DNA from: an uncultured Nitrososphaeraceae archaeon
GTDB lineage: Archaea > Thermoproteota > Nitrososphaeria > Nitrososphaerales > Nitrososphaeraceae
Length of the DNA: 64,000 bases
Assembly: GCA_963779615.1 (NCBI GenBank)
Contig: CAVZZA010000001.1
Coordinates: forward strand, 1-64,000
Reading direction: 5' to 3'
Positions 33,062 through 43,920 of this stretch are shown piece after piece. The notes below the pieces were generated by a model. It made no database searches, was not told the origin of the DNA, and worked only from the letters and a program-made list of their open reading frames with translations. Made by a program: the position numbers and the translations under genes. Position 1 is the first letter of the stretch. Each line of letters opens with the position of its first letter.

Positions 33062-33661
33062 ATGACAACAGTCATTCATGTTTTTGATGTCGTTATTCTC
33101 CTAAGAAGGGACAATAGCAATGTGGAAATTGAAAAACTGGAAAAGATAATTTCACTTGTACATATTGCCTCTAAATATGTAGACAAATGTTTTGATGTTT
33201 GCCTATCCTTAAACTTCATCACAAACCATACTGGTTGGAATGGTGAAGACGCAGTGCTTTTTATTACAAATAGCAACAGGGCACCATCACCATCGCTTGA
33301 TCACAATTCAAACGTGCATCAACAGCAAAAAGAGAATATCGTTTCTAACTTGTGTATTAAAAATAAAACTGCAAAATTTGGTCATTATCTTTATGCATTG
33401 ATATATGGAATAATGGCAGAAAAGCATAGTGCAGTCATCAGACAGGCATTGTCATGGTATTTCACAATTCAATTGACAGAAACAGCCAAGTATGTTAGGC
33501 CAAAGAGTTCCAGCATAGGCATTGATGACCGTTACTTATGCAGAATAAACAAGGTGTACAACGTAATAGGAAACGATCTTTTAAAAGAATTTGCTCTTGG
33601 CAGAGCACTCACAAATAAAAAAGAGTTACCAGGTGACATTCAAAAACACACAAATAAATAA
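33062..33661 (+). CDS. hypothetical protein
   Basis: 199-aa ORF; no recognisable motif. Confidence 0.5.
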   Translation: MTTVIHVFDVVILLRRDNSNVEIEKLEKIISLVHIASKYVDKCFDVCLSLNFITNHTGWNGEDAVLFITNSNRAPSPSLDHNSNVHQQQKENIVSNLCIKNKTAKFGHYLYALIYGIMAEKHSAVIRQALSWYFTIQLTETAKYVRPKSSSIGIDDRYLCRINKVYNVIGNDLLKEFALGRALTNKKELPGDIQKHTNK

Positions 33662-33845
33662 TATAAATTGATATTCACATTAAAAAGAAAGTTATTCCAA
33701 TAACGAAGTTTACAACGCACATTCTTGTATGTTGACAAGCTCAAAGAACAGGTATTTAGCATCAGAATCAAAAATGCAAAGTAACAATATTAAAAAATTT
33801 AAATAAAAATATTTATTGATTTACAATAGTGTTGGATACTAGTTA

Positions 33846-34064
33846 ATGGTTAAAAAGGGTAAAATAGAGGAGATATTTAGCAGGGCCCTTTATGCAGATA
33901 ACCCTTTGATGTACACAGTTACCTATAGGGATTTTGAGGACCTTAAGCAAGTTAATCTAAAAGATTTCATAGTCTTGTCTGAAAATTTTCAATTAATTCC
34001 AGTGTCAAGAATAATAAAAATACAAAAGGGAAAAACAATACTTTATCAAAAACATGTGCAATGA
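33846..34064 (+). CDS. DUF504 domain protein
   Basis: VTYRD...IPVSRIIKI..G..LY pattern. Confidence 0.72.
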   Translation: MVKKGKIEEIFSRALYADNPLMYTVTYRDFEDLKQVNLKDFIVLSENFQLIPVSRIIKIQKGKTILYQKHVQ

Positions 34065-34254
34065 TTGAAATTTTTAACAAAGAAAAACAAACAAACAGTA
34101 TCAAAAGGCAAGAATATTCGGTTGATGGCAGATAGATCAACAAAAAATATCGTTTATAGCCGATACAATTAACTCAAACAGGCACTACTTGGAAAACTTT
34201 CAGCAATCCATATTCATATTTTGGCAAATATCCAGTTCAACAATAGACAGAGGT

Positions 34255-34572
34255 TCAATTGCGTTTTAATTCAACGATCAAACCATCGACAGGTTTTGTA
34301 CTCATTAGTTTTGAGATTTCGGCAGATAGTTGAGGCTCCTTGGCTTTATCAATTATTCTTGCAGTGCCTTCAAATGCTTCATGTTTTATAGCAAACGACA
34401 CTTGTTGATCATGTTCAATATTCTGGACCCAGTGTGCACGCTCAAAGGTTTCCGACATTATATAATACCTTTCATTGTACTCGACAAACCAAATTTCTAT
34501 TTTATGCTGTTTGCCTGTCTTCCACCCAGTGGTAGTCAAGTAGAGAAACTGTGGATTAGAATGGGGCCCCAT
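34255..34572 (-). CDS. deazaflavin (F420)-dependent nitroreductase-family protein
   Basis: LYLTTTGWKTGKQHKIEIWF and HWVQNI motifs. Confidence 0.8.
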   Translation of the reverse strand: MGPHSNPQFLYLTTTGWKTGKQHKIEIWFVEYNERYYIMSETFERAHWVQNIEHDQQVSFAIKHEAFEGTARIIDKAKEPQLSAEISKLMSTKPVDGLIVELKRN

Positions 34573-34874
34573 GTTCTTGTATAGGTTTAATGGTATAAGA
34601 TATTTCCCATACTAATAGGTCAGGAAGAGAAAGAGGAATAGGAATAGGAGGGTTTGCCTGCTTATGATTAGACAAATCTTTTCCTATAGGACATAAGTAG
34701 GACCATAAGGAAAAAGTAGACAATCCCTCTGGTTGTTGTTTTTTTTTCTGATGGAAACATCAATCAAAAAGCATTTTGGTTTTCGTTTTACAGAATGTTT
34801 TGTTTTGAGGATACACACTTATGCATAGTATCTTTTGCCCACAACAAATGTTGACAAGATGATGTTTGCATAAT

Positions 34875-35723
34875 TCAAATTGCATTAGTATAAAGTTTGT
34901 AAATTTGGCCTGTCTGTGTGTTGATGTATTTCCATTTTTCAGTGCCAAAGGTAACTTCTTTAAAACTCATCCTCATTTGAGGAGATAAAACCCCATATAC
35001 ATCTTCGCCTATGGTAACTGCATTGGGATAGGTTAACGAAGTTAATTTTGCAGACTTATTCATGCAATAACCAAGGACATCTATGTGAGAGGTTTTATCA
35101 TGCCCATACTGGATAATTACACTCTCCCCCTGGTCCAGACCAATCTTGACCCTAAGTTCTGAATGATTATATTGCTCCAATATTGGACTAATTCCTTTTT
35201 GTATTACGGTTATCATGGATTTTGCGCACTGCACTGCCCCGTCACAAGCAAGTGATATATCATATAGGGACGGAAAGAAGGCTATAACTGCATCACCTAC
35301 ATACTTTAGCACAAAACCGCCATGACTGTGCACCAGACAAGACATTTCATATGAAAATCCTCTAATTATGGTAACCATTTTATCAACAGGCAAAGTCATG
35401 CTCATCTTGGTAGAACCAACCAAATCTGCGTACATTATGACAAGAGGGATTTTTGAATTTACATGATAAAGAAGAAATTCCTGAGCAGGTTTTAGGTTGG
35501 ATTCATATTGATAGCGCCTTTTCAATGCCCTCGAAAACCTTTCCTGCGTTTGAGAAACAAGTGTTTCCATATCGTTAAGCACCATAGCCCTTGGTTTTTT
35601 TTTTGGCGAATTTTCATCATCTAGGGCAATATCGGTATTTGGTTTGGTATTTTGTCCGTTTGTCTGTTTTTCCCAAGTTTTTGTATCCGGTTTCTCATTT
35701 ATAGTGGATCCTTTATCGGTCAA
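34875..35723 (-). CDS. class III adenylate/guanylate cyclase domain protein
   Basis: YADLVGST, KYVGDAV, KIGLD.G, DVLG..MN.SAKL. Confidence 0.9.
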   Translation of the reverse strand: MTDKGSTINEKPDTKTWEKQTNGQNTKPNTDIALDDENSPKKKPRAMVLNDMETLVSQTQERFSRALKRRYQYESNLKPAQEFLLYHVNSKIPLVIMYADLVGSTKMSMTLPVDKMVTIIRGFSYEMSCLVHSHGGFVLKYVGDAVIAFFPSLYDISLACDGAVQCAKSMITVIQKGISPILEQYNHSELRVKIGLDQGESVIIQYGHDKTSHIDVLGYCMNKSAKLTSLTYPNAVTIGEDVYGVLSPQMRMSFKEVTFGTEKWKYINTQTGQIYKLYTNAI

Positions 35724-36225
35724 ATGACGGCTCAGTTTTATTATTCACGGCTAAGATTTAAACATCGCCAGAAGGTTATCTTGCATATTTGTAACGATTA
35801 ATACATTAGTTAACGCAAAAGGCTCCTGAAGTGAACATTTATTTGAAATTTTGTCCAACAACTCATTTTTCCACCGCCTTGATAATGGAGTAATTGGCCT
35901 CGGTATCATCAGGTTCGCCATACCATTTGTTTAAATTTTTTTAATCAAGTTGCCAAGACAAGTAAATTAGCGGTTCCAAACAGCAGGGAAAATGAAAAAA
36001 ATGAAAAAAAATCATGTGGCTTTTAATTTGAAATATTTTATTAGTTATAATTTTGGATTGCCAATACCATAAAAAAACACAGATTGAAACAAATTATAAT
36101 CGTGTTAATGCTAATCCACTCCATGGTTAAAGCAACATTAACGCAATCTCGTGGTTTGATTCTTTGCCACATCTAAAATTACAAGAACATAAAAAACTGA
36201 TGGCGAACAGAAAATCAATTTTGGC

Positions 36226-36888
36226 GGCTCTGTTCATTTAAGGAAAGCCTATAGCTTGAAGATGTCCTATCTCCTTTGTGAATATCAGAAACAGAACACC
36301 TTCAGAGTTACATATACCATGGTTTGTACTTTTATTTTTCGGGACTGTCGTTAAGGAGTACATCTGAAAGGCTATCATACATTATAAAACGAAACCGTGT
36401 ATCTATCTGGAACTGGATACAAAAGTATAACCCTCAAATTTCATCAAAGAAAAAGAAGGTTTCAGAGTATGTCATAGACGAGACAGTCCTTAAGGTCGGC
36501 CCAGAATACATTTGGTTATGGGTAGATATTGAAGTTGGAAGTAAGGGGATTCTTGGGATTAGCATATCAAGGGAACGAAACATGTTTGTTGCAGAACGAT
36601 TTATCTCCAGTCTAATCAAGCATCATGATGGACATCCAATTTCCACAGACGGAGGCACATGGTATCCACAGGCATGTAGATTCTTAAAGCTAAACCATCA
36701 TATGCATTCCTCATATGAGAAAAGCATCATTGAAAGGACAATGCAGTACATAAAGGACAGAACGGAGAGTTTTGATGATTACTTTCCATGCAGAAAAAAG
36801 AAATGCAAACTAAAGCATGTAGTGAATTGGCTGAATCTATTGTGGATTTTCAAAGCAGGGAATTGAAGACGCTTAAGTGAACAGAGCC
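36226..36888 (+). mobile_element. IS6-family element (transposase ORF 36324-36866)
   Basis: IRs GGCTCTGTTCATTTAAG / CTTAAGTGAACAGAGCC; ATTTTGGC repeated on both flanks (36218-36225, 36890-36897). Confidence 0.92.
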
Positions 36889-36927
36889 CATTTTGGCTGT
36901 TGATCTCTATATATACAGATAGATTTT

Positions 36928-37284
36928 TCATCCATCTAATCCCCAGCTAGATTTTTTTTTTGGCACAATCTTCACATAGTCGTCTCCTCGCAATATTTCA
37001 GCAACTCCTTTGATCTCGATACCCCTGGGTGTCCAAGGATTGACTGAAACCAAATCATCCACTACCAATGCTATCTTGTTATTTTGCAGTATATTTTTGA
37101 ATTTGAGGCTGTTTTTGAGTTTCCATCCTCCAAAGTAGAAATAACTACCATCAAAATCAAAAGCTACAGGAACAACATGAGGTTGCATGGAAGACGAGAC
37201 GGTGGCCAATCTACCCAATCGCTGCTCCTTTAGAAAATGCAATTCTTTTTCACTGAATTCCACATGTTCGGTCTCTTTCGCCAT
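36928..37284 (-). CDS. PPOX-class F420-dependent oxidoreductase
   Basis: LGRLATV...PHVVPV, KFKNI, ALVVDD..PWTPRGIEIKG. Confidence 0.88.
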   Translation of the reverse strand: MAKETEHVEFSEKELHFLKEQRLGRLATVSSSMQPHVVPVAFDFDGSYFYFGGWKLKNSLKFKNILQNNKIALVVDDLVSVNPWTPRGIEIKGVAEILRGDDYVKIVPKKKSSWGLDG

Positions 37285-37714
37285 TGAAATTTCTCGTTAA
37301 TTATAAAGGTGTGGAAGTCGTACCTAAACATTTAGAATAGGTTAGACAATGACTGCACACACATAATGGATAACTTGCTCTTTTACTGGTTCCTACCAGT
37401 TTAGATTATCCTGGTTTTACATTTACGCATACCTGAGCGATTGCATGGATTCAATCAAATATCCGAAAAACTACGGATAAACCATGCTCAAAGCAAACAA
37501 GTAATAACAAAACAGTAGTCAACAATTGCAAGGCAGCATACAAAATAAGAGTATTCCACCAATGATATCTTTTATATGTTAAAACCAATACAGGATTTCC
37601 CCAAAAGACTACGACAAACACATCTATGTTGGGACATTATTCGTAAAGCAATTTACCGTTACTGTTTAACAACCATAGTGCTACATACCTTATTTTTCAT
37701 CCAGGCAATCATGT

Positions 37715-38146
37715 TCAGCCAGTCATCCTCTCCTTAAAATCCCACTCAAATACACGGGCAGGCGTAATTTCAATTGCAACTTCATTTTGAAGATGTCTTT
37801 TAGATAACAATAATTTATACAATTGTGATGTTTCTTTCCCCTTGAAATATTTTTGTAACAGGATGCGAAGAATATCTTCACCTTTATCATAGAGTATGGA
37901 TGTGTTACCATAACCCCTAATACCACGGTAGGGAAAACAATCCCCTGCAATTTCAAAGCCACATTTTGGCGAACGCTTTACATATTGGACTATTTTGGCA
38001 GTGTTTTGTGTAGCGCAATAGAATTTCCCATCCATATACACATACCACAGTGAGATAACTGTAGGCCAGTCTAAGGTAGATAAACAGGCCAGTCTGATTG
38101 GTATATTACTATCTATCAAATACTGAACCATATTTTCACTAATCAC
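37715..38146 (-). CDS. pyridoxamine 5'-phosphate oxidase family protein
   Basis: PIRLAC..WP.V.SLWY, CGFEIA..PYRGIRG, WDF. Confidence 0.85.
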   Translation of the reverse strand: MISENMVQYLIDSNIPIRLACLSTLDWPTVISLWYVYMDGKFYCATQNTAKIVQYVKRSPKCGFEIAGDCFPYRGIRGYGNTSILYDKGEDILRILLQKYFKGKETSQLYKLLLSKRHLQNEVAIEITPARVFEWDFKERMTG

Positions 38147-38394
38147 AAAAATCCATTTGTATTATAACATACTTGAATTTGAACCCATTGTCATTGTATA
38201 TTGTGCTATTATACGTATCATTCATTATGCGGGTGTTGTCCTATTGTAAAATAATTGACGTGAATAATTACCTAAACGGTCCATTGTATTGCACAGTTTT
38301 TTAAAAAAAGCAGGAAGAAGACACGTCATCAGCAGTCAATTAACAAGAAACTTTTACAGCAAGATTCTTTAATTCATGAGAGCATAGTGAAAAT

Positions 38395-38580
38395 ATGACC
38401 GAAAATCAGGAAAATAACAGTAATAACAGTAATCAAAAGGATGTAAAAAACACTCTAAAACCTCTCAAGGAAGAGGAGGAAAAGAAGAAAAACCTACTCG
38501 TAGAAGAAAAGCAACCTCAAGAGCAATTACCAGTTGGAGAAGGACATGAAACAGAAGTTGTAGAAGAAAATAGAAACTGA
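38395..38580 (+). CDS. small acidic hydrophilic protein
   Basis: 61-aa Glu/Asn/Lys-rich ORF with ATG start. Confidence 0.55.
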   Translation: MTENQENNSNNSNQKDVKNTLKPLKEEEEKKKNLLVEEKQPQEQLPVGEGHETEVVEENRN

Positions 38581-39077
38581 GAACATAAAGAATTGCTGGT
38601 TTAACAAATGTTGTAAGATTCGAATCGTATTTTATCATTGTGTCTTTTTATAAAAAAATGGATAAGTGAAATGATCTGATATACAATATCACTTAATGCA
38701 TAACATTATTTATCCCATAGCCACCCATTTAAGGCGCAGGTGTTATGTCAGGGTGCAATCACACATCAATTTGAAAAAGTAAATCCTTGCCGGTGGTAAT
38801 GAGCCAGGTTTTAAAATAAAAGATATTGATGCTCTCCCATGTTTTTGTTATATGTGCCATACCTCCGGAAACTTTGTTTCAAAAAAATGAGTATGTACAT
38901 TGCAAGACAATGCAAATAAAAAAAAAATGCAGATTGTTTTATTTTTTTGATTGTGTCCACCGACTCATATAACTAGTTTTTTATTTGATGGAACATTTCA
39001 CAGTTTTAATTGAAAGCCTTTACAAACATGACTTTTTTTAGTAAAACTAAAATAAATTATTTTTTCATATTCATAAA

Positions 39078-39617
39078 GTGAAAATTGGTATAATATCTGA
39101 CACCCATGACGACATAGAAAACGTTCAGGAAGCTATACAAATATTTAACAAAAACAAAGTAGATCATGTCATTCACGCAGGAGACTACATTTTCCCTGGC
39201 ATGATAAAAGAATTTAAGAATTCAAATGCCAAATTGATAGGGGTGTTGGGTAATAACGATGGAGAAAAAAATGGAATTTTAAAATCTTTTATTGACATAG
39301 GTGGAGAATTAAAAGGGGAACTCGGAGAAGTAGAATTTGATGGATTAAAATTTTGTGTATATCATGGAACAGATAACGAGGTAAGGGAAAACATTACCCA
39401 CAGCCAAAAATATGACATATTAATATGTGGCCATACCCATAAAAGAGAACCGCAAAGATCTGGCACGATAAAAAACAACAAGGACACATTTGTTTTAAAT
39501 CCCGGTTCGGCGCATAGAAAAAGTGTTAGCATATCAGGGCTTTTTGATGAGGTTGGGCGAATAATACTGTTCGACACCCTAACCAAAATATACGAATTTG
39601 TAGATCTTTCAAAATAG
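39078..39617 (+). CDS. YfcE/MJ0936-family metallophosphoesterase
   Basis: SDTHD, HAGD, GNND, YHG, GHTH, NPGS motifs. Confidence 0.92.
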   Translation: MKIGIISDTHDDIENVQEAIQIFNKNKVDHVIHAGDYIFPGMIKEFKNSNAKLIGVLGNNDGEKNGILKSFIDIGGELKGELGEVEFDGLKFCVYHGTDNEVRENITHSQKYDILICGHTHKREPQRSGTIKNNKDTFVLNPGSAHRKSVSISGLFDEVGRIILFDTLTKIYEFVDLSK

Positions 39618-39966
39618 ATCAAAACGCTCAAGCACTGCCTAGAGGAAAGTAAAACTAAAATCAAACATGCTCCAATAAATATAAAAGCTACAGATTTACC
39701 GTTTCCACATTATCAACATGTAACGAAGGTAAAAAGAGAACGAAGACTTGAGGATGTTTACATTTTCTCATAACATGTGCTTTAGCACACACATCAGGAA
39801 ACAACCCAAAAAAAATAACTATCAAGATTTGCAACAACAGGTTATGTTACCACCCGGGTTGAATAAAAGACACTGAAATACAATAATCCCCATTCAATCC
39901 AAGTTTTAAAAGCCCCCTTGAAACAGAAAAAAGCGAAAAGTAAATGATTTTTATTTTTTATTTGAT

Positions 39967-40808
39967 TCACAGATCATGCTTCATCATATTAAAGAAATCC
40001 ACATCAGACATATTCTTCTTTCTTTGCAACCATTGTTCGACATCACCCCCAGCAGGATACCTCAACTTGGGGTTTTTATCAACAATCGCATCAAGTACTG
40101 CCTTTGCAACAAGTTCGGGGCCAGAGCCATTCTCAAGCATTTTACCAAGTCCATATTCCATATTTTGAAAAATTTTGGAATACGGCGAATTTGAATCTAA
40201 AGATTTTTTTGCCACAACAGAGGCATTAAAGAAATTTGTTTTGATGACCCCTGGCTCTACAAGAATTATTTTTATTCCAAATGGCTCCACCTCATACGCA
40301 AGCGATTCACTCAAACCTTCTACTGCAAACTTTGTGCTAACATAAATGGATCCCGTCGGGAAACCAAATCTCCCTGCACCAGAACTTATGTTAACTATTT
40401 TGCCTGAATTTTGATTTCTCATGATAGGCAAAACAGCTTGTGTGACCCGGATTAAACCAAAAAATTAGTCTCAAATTGTAATTTTATTTCATCCATAGAT
40501 ATATCTTCAAATGCCCCTACAAGCCCATAGCCTGCATTGTTTACCAAAACATCTATTTGTTCAGACTCAGCATAAATTGATTTTATTGCTTTATTTACAG
40601 AACTTTCATCAGTAACGTCAAGTTGCAAAATTTTCAGTTGGAGATTTTCTTTTTTGGCTACAGAGTTCAAAGACAAACCCTTTTTAGTGTCTCGCATTGT
40701 TGCATAGGTTATAAAACCATTACGTGCCAGAATCAAGGCGGTTTCATACCCTATCCCACTTGAACTGCCTGTGACTACCGAAACTTTTTTGCCAATAGAC
40801 ATATACAA
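39967..40808 (-). pseudogene. SDR oxidoreductase with a single frameshift
   Basis: TGSSSGIG and NNAG in 40452-40808; YVSTK in 39967-40431. One extra base in the A run 40459-40464 restores ETNFFGLIRVTQAVLP. Confidence 0.88.
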
Positions 40809-40913
40809 CTACCTAAATAATTTGGTAATTAATCAAGTTTAGTTTATGTCGATTCCAAAATGTATTGAAGAAATACAAAGGATATTTCGATTCCCAAGTA
40901 TCGTTTTCTCACT

Positions 40914-40933
40914 ATAACGCAATATTGCGTTAT
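40914..40933. promoter_or_regulatory. perfect 20-bp palindrome, candidate operator
   Basis: ATAACGCAATATTGCGTTAT, in the divergent intergenic region ~105 bp upstream of the SDR start. Confidence 0.5.
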
Positions 40934-41435
40934 CGAAAAAACAAAACTCAAACAAGGTGTATTGACGACAGTTTTATTTTCAGCATAAACGCGGGTTTAG
41001 CAAATAATTGAATTTAAAAACCATGTTTTAATGATTTCGTTAAATATGTTAATCCAAATAAACACAATAGTCAAAGGCATTTGCAGGTATTATGGGCACA
41101 TACACCATCGGTAAAAATGCCATAATGCATAATAAAACAATTAATAAAAAACAATGTCCATGCCGGTTTTTTAACCAAACCACACGTGGTTTGCAATATT
41201 GAATTGAGTTGAACTTTCCAAAATAGCGTTATAGGCTAAAAAAATTTAGGAAAGCAAATCATAAATCAATAAATCGTGCTCCACATCCTCAAATAATTGA
41301 ATCGAAATTATGTTTTTATTTACCGAATAATTTAAAAGTCTATGCAATTTTGTGCTCTGGCAATTTCACCCCATAACAATATGTTCCCCTCAAGGATTAG
41401 TAATTCTTTTATAGAACAATAACAAACAGGACCTA

Positions 41436-42029
41436 ATGAGATCTCCTTTAAAAGGAAAATTGATCATGACAATTATATTTACTTTTTCCATGTCGTTTTT
41501 GGTACTAGTAAATAGTAATACAACATATTCACAGACTAACAACGCAACGCAGAATGATTCAGAGACGTCATTTTCAAATAAGGCTCTAACAGGCACTTCA
41601 ACTATACCGGAGGCCATATCCATTCCGGTATCAAAAGGATATGTAGATGGAAACATTTCATATTTTATCAGCACAGACGCATCTGAAAAAAATGTTGTAT
41701 CCTCTGTGTCTAATTCAACCAAATTTGAAATCAACTATGCTCCATCTTTAGCTAACACTTCTGAATCTTCCCGACAGCAGGGATATGTGTTTATAAATGG
41801 AATTAAAGGTGATGGCTCATCCGGATTCCAGCTTCCAGTTGCATCTGCAGCACCTAATGATGATGGATATAGCCCACTATTTGAAATAAATTATGTGAAA
41901 TGGAACGATGAATCTAATGCAAGGGTTTTAAAAACTGCTGATGAAGTCCTAGAATCTCAAAACAAGGGTGAACTTACAATAGCAAAGTCAAACATTGTCA
42001 TCAATAGCGCATTTGTGCAAATAAAATAA
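41436..42029 (+). CDS. secreted hypothetical protein
   Basis: Signal peptide; GYVDG..YFISTDAS, YVFINGIKG.G..GFQ, YSPL motifs. Confidence 0.75.
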   Translation: MRSPLKGKLIMTIIFTFSMSFLVLVNSNTTYSQTNNATQNDSETSFSNKALTGTSTIPEAISIPVSKGYVDGNISYFISTDASEKNVVSSVSNSTKFEINYAPSLANTSESSRQQGYVFINGIKGDGSSGFQLPVASAAPNDDGYSPLFEINYVKWNDESNARVLKTADEVLESQNKGELTIAKSNIVINSAFVQIK

Positions 42030-42253
42030 CCATTTTTTGTTTGATGTTCTTTTGTTGTAATACAAGAAAAGCATTGCTAGTGATTAATGCACCTTAAATT
42101 TGCGAATTTGCGAATATGTCATATTGTATTACAGTTTATTTTTTGCATGATGTGATGGCAACTCATAACCACATAATATCCAATTTACCAAATTTGATTT
42201 GATTTTGTGTTAACGTTCAATTTTTTTCAGAAACTTTTGAAAAACTCGAGTTG

Positions 42254-42697
42254 TCAGGCCGATCTCCTCTTTCTGACTATTTTTTTTGCTTTCTGTCCAT
42301 CTAATTCCACTTCCTCATCGGCTATTGGTTTAGATAATGGGTTTAGTTTTGCCACACGCGGTATTGCCATTACAAAGTGGATGTGAAAACAGGAAAAGGA
42401 TTCACACAGGGAACAATAAAGTCTATTGTTATTGAAATGGATGTCGGCAGTTTTGTTTTCTTTAACATCCTTTATATAGATTGTATCTCTGCTACAACCA
42501 TCTTCGGATAAAAATGGAGCATAATGTTTTAAAAATTCATCCTTTTCCAGTATATCATGAAGTAGATCGTTAACAAAACCTCCAAAGTGTTCATTAACAA
42601 ATGGAGATTTCTTTTTCTCTTCCACCCATTTTGCCTTTAATTCCTTAACTAAATCTACACGCAAGGTAATCAATTCAGAACGTTTTGATCGAGGCAT
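42254..42697 (-). CDS. putative RHH-type DNA-binding protein with C-terminal CxxC-x4-CxH zinc site
   Basis: N-terminal basic arm plus strand-helix-helix pattern (SELITLRVDLVKELK...FVNDLL); YCSLCESFSCFH. Confidence 0.6.
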   Translation of the reverse strand: MPRSKRSELITLRVDLVKELKAKWVEEKKKSPFVNEHFGGFVNDLLHDILEKDEFLKHYAPFLSEDGCSRDTIYIKDVKENKTADIHFNNNRLYCSLCESFSCFHIHFVMAIPRVAKLNPLSKPIADEEVELDGQKAKKIVRKRRSA

Positions 42698-42703
42698 GTT
42701 AAA

Positions 42704-42723
42704 TAATAACTATATAGTTATTA
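42704..42723. promoter_or_regulatory. perfect 20-bp palindrome between TATA box and start of 42254-42697
   Basis: TAATAACTATATAGTTATTA; minus-strand TTATAAAT at 42735-42728; ATG at 42697. Confidence 0.6.
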
Positions 42724-42814
42724 CCATATTTATAATTATTATATATATCTTTATACAGTGAAACATTTGTATACACTGCGTAATCCATATAAACATGTTC
42801 AATAAGTTACTCTC

Positions 42815-42916
42815 ATGGATAAAAAACAGGTTAAAAAAAGAACGATGGTTTCCCCGGATCATTATCATGACATAAAGAAAAAGATCGTAAACAGCAATTC
42901 ATTTGACACAGCCTAA
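42815..42916 (+). CDS. 33-aa leader ORF of the RadA-like/PolB2 operon
   Basis: MDKKQVKKRTMVSPDHYHDIKKKIVNSNSFDTA*. TATA-like CATATAAA at 42786-42793; the next gene has GGAG at 42920-42923. Confidence 0.45.
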   Translation: MDKKQVKKRTMVSPDHYHDIKKKIVNSNSFDTA

Positions 42917-42926
42917 AAAGGAGTAG

Positions 42927-43724
42927 ATGATATTGCATTCGCCCAATAAAAAAACAAATAAAGATGCAGCATATCTCAGCAGATTCATTAGTGCGCATGA
43001 GGAACTGGCTGACAATCGCAGAAAATTATTTGGCATACCACTTATCGATGATTTTTTTCATTTCCACGAAAAAAAAAATATAAGCATCATTAACAGATGT
43101 AAAACAACAACACATCTATCGTATCACCTTGTTGCAAAATTATGTATAGAGTTTTCAAAAAACAATGGAGAAAAAAATAAAACCATATTGATAGATGGTG
43201 GTGGCAATAATTTAGGATACCTTTATGCGAAGTTGACAAAATTGTCAGTTAAAGAGCAGTTTAACATTAATCAACTATTAGACAACATGATGATATCAAG
43301 GGCATTTACATTCTATCAATTAACAAATGTCATTATAAATGAATTGCCAATCTTGATTAAAAAACTAAATGGCAAATTGCAAATAATAGTTCTAGACACA
43401 CTCAACACATTAGTAAATCCCTCAACCAGCAAAACTAAATCAAAATCAATAAAAAATGTATCAGACATTGAAGAAGACAAAATAAAATGCTTAGATGAAA
43501 TATTACAAAATATAATCAGCCTCTCAAAATATTATTTTTCAATACTTGTATTTACCGACTTTAAAAAAACATTCAATAAAAACATTTTTTCGGGTTTTGA
43601 TCATATGCTGGAGATAGTCGGTATTTATAGCAACAAAAACAAAAAGAATGAGCCAGTCCTCCATATGAAAACAGCATCCACCGAGAAGTCGCTGAAACTT
43701 GACGATGTTTTGGAAAGCGTGTAG
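42927..43724 (+). CDS. RadA/RecA-fold protein with degenerate Walker A (PolB2-associated type)
   Basis: FGIPLIDD, ILIDGGGNN, ISRAFTFYQL, IIVLD; no intact GxxxxGKT. Confidence 0.7.
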   Translation: MILHSPNKKTNKDAAYLSRFISAHEELADNRRKLFGIPLIDDFFHFHEKKNISIINRCKTTTHLSYHLVAKLCIEFSKNNGEKNKTILIDGGGNNLGYLYAKLTKLSVKEQFNINQLLDNMMISRAFTFYQLTNVIINELPILIKKLNGKLQIIVLDTLNTLVNPSTSKTKSKSIKNVSDIEEDKIKCLDEILQNIISLSKYYFSILVFTDFKKTFNKNIFSGFDHMLEIVGIYSNKNKKNEPVLHMKTASTEKSLKLDDVLESV

Positions 43725-43736
43725 GAAGGAAATACA

Positions 43737-43920
43737 TTGGGCCGAACGGTTTCGTCCTTCAGACTATGAAATGACATTGAAGAATTAGAGTGGAAACAAT
43801 TTCGAAAACATCTTTGCAGGCAGAATAAAAAATCCTTCAACAAACTATTCCCATTCCAAAATCATATTGCCATTCTTTATCCAATTCAACAAATCCGCTA
43901 ATAATTCAACCCATTTTCAT
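43737..43920 (+). pseudogene. small PolB2-partner protein, disrupted
   Basis: MGRTVSSFRL*..EELEWKQFRKHL; TGA at 43767-43769, later frameshift and truncation. Confidence 0.65.

Noticed and set aside
34875-35723. Pycsar/CBASS-type defence system
   Set aside because: No adjacent TIR or transmembrane effector gene, and the specificity residues look adenylyl-type.
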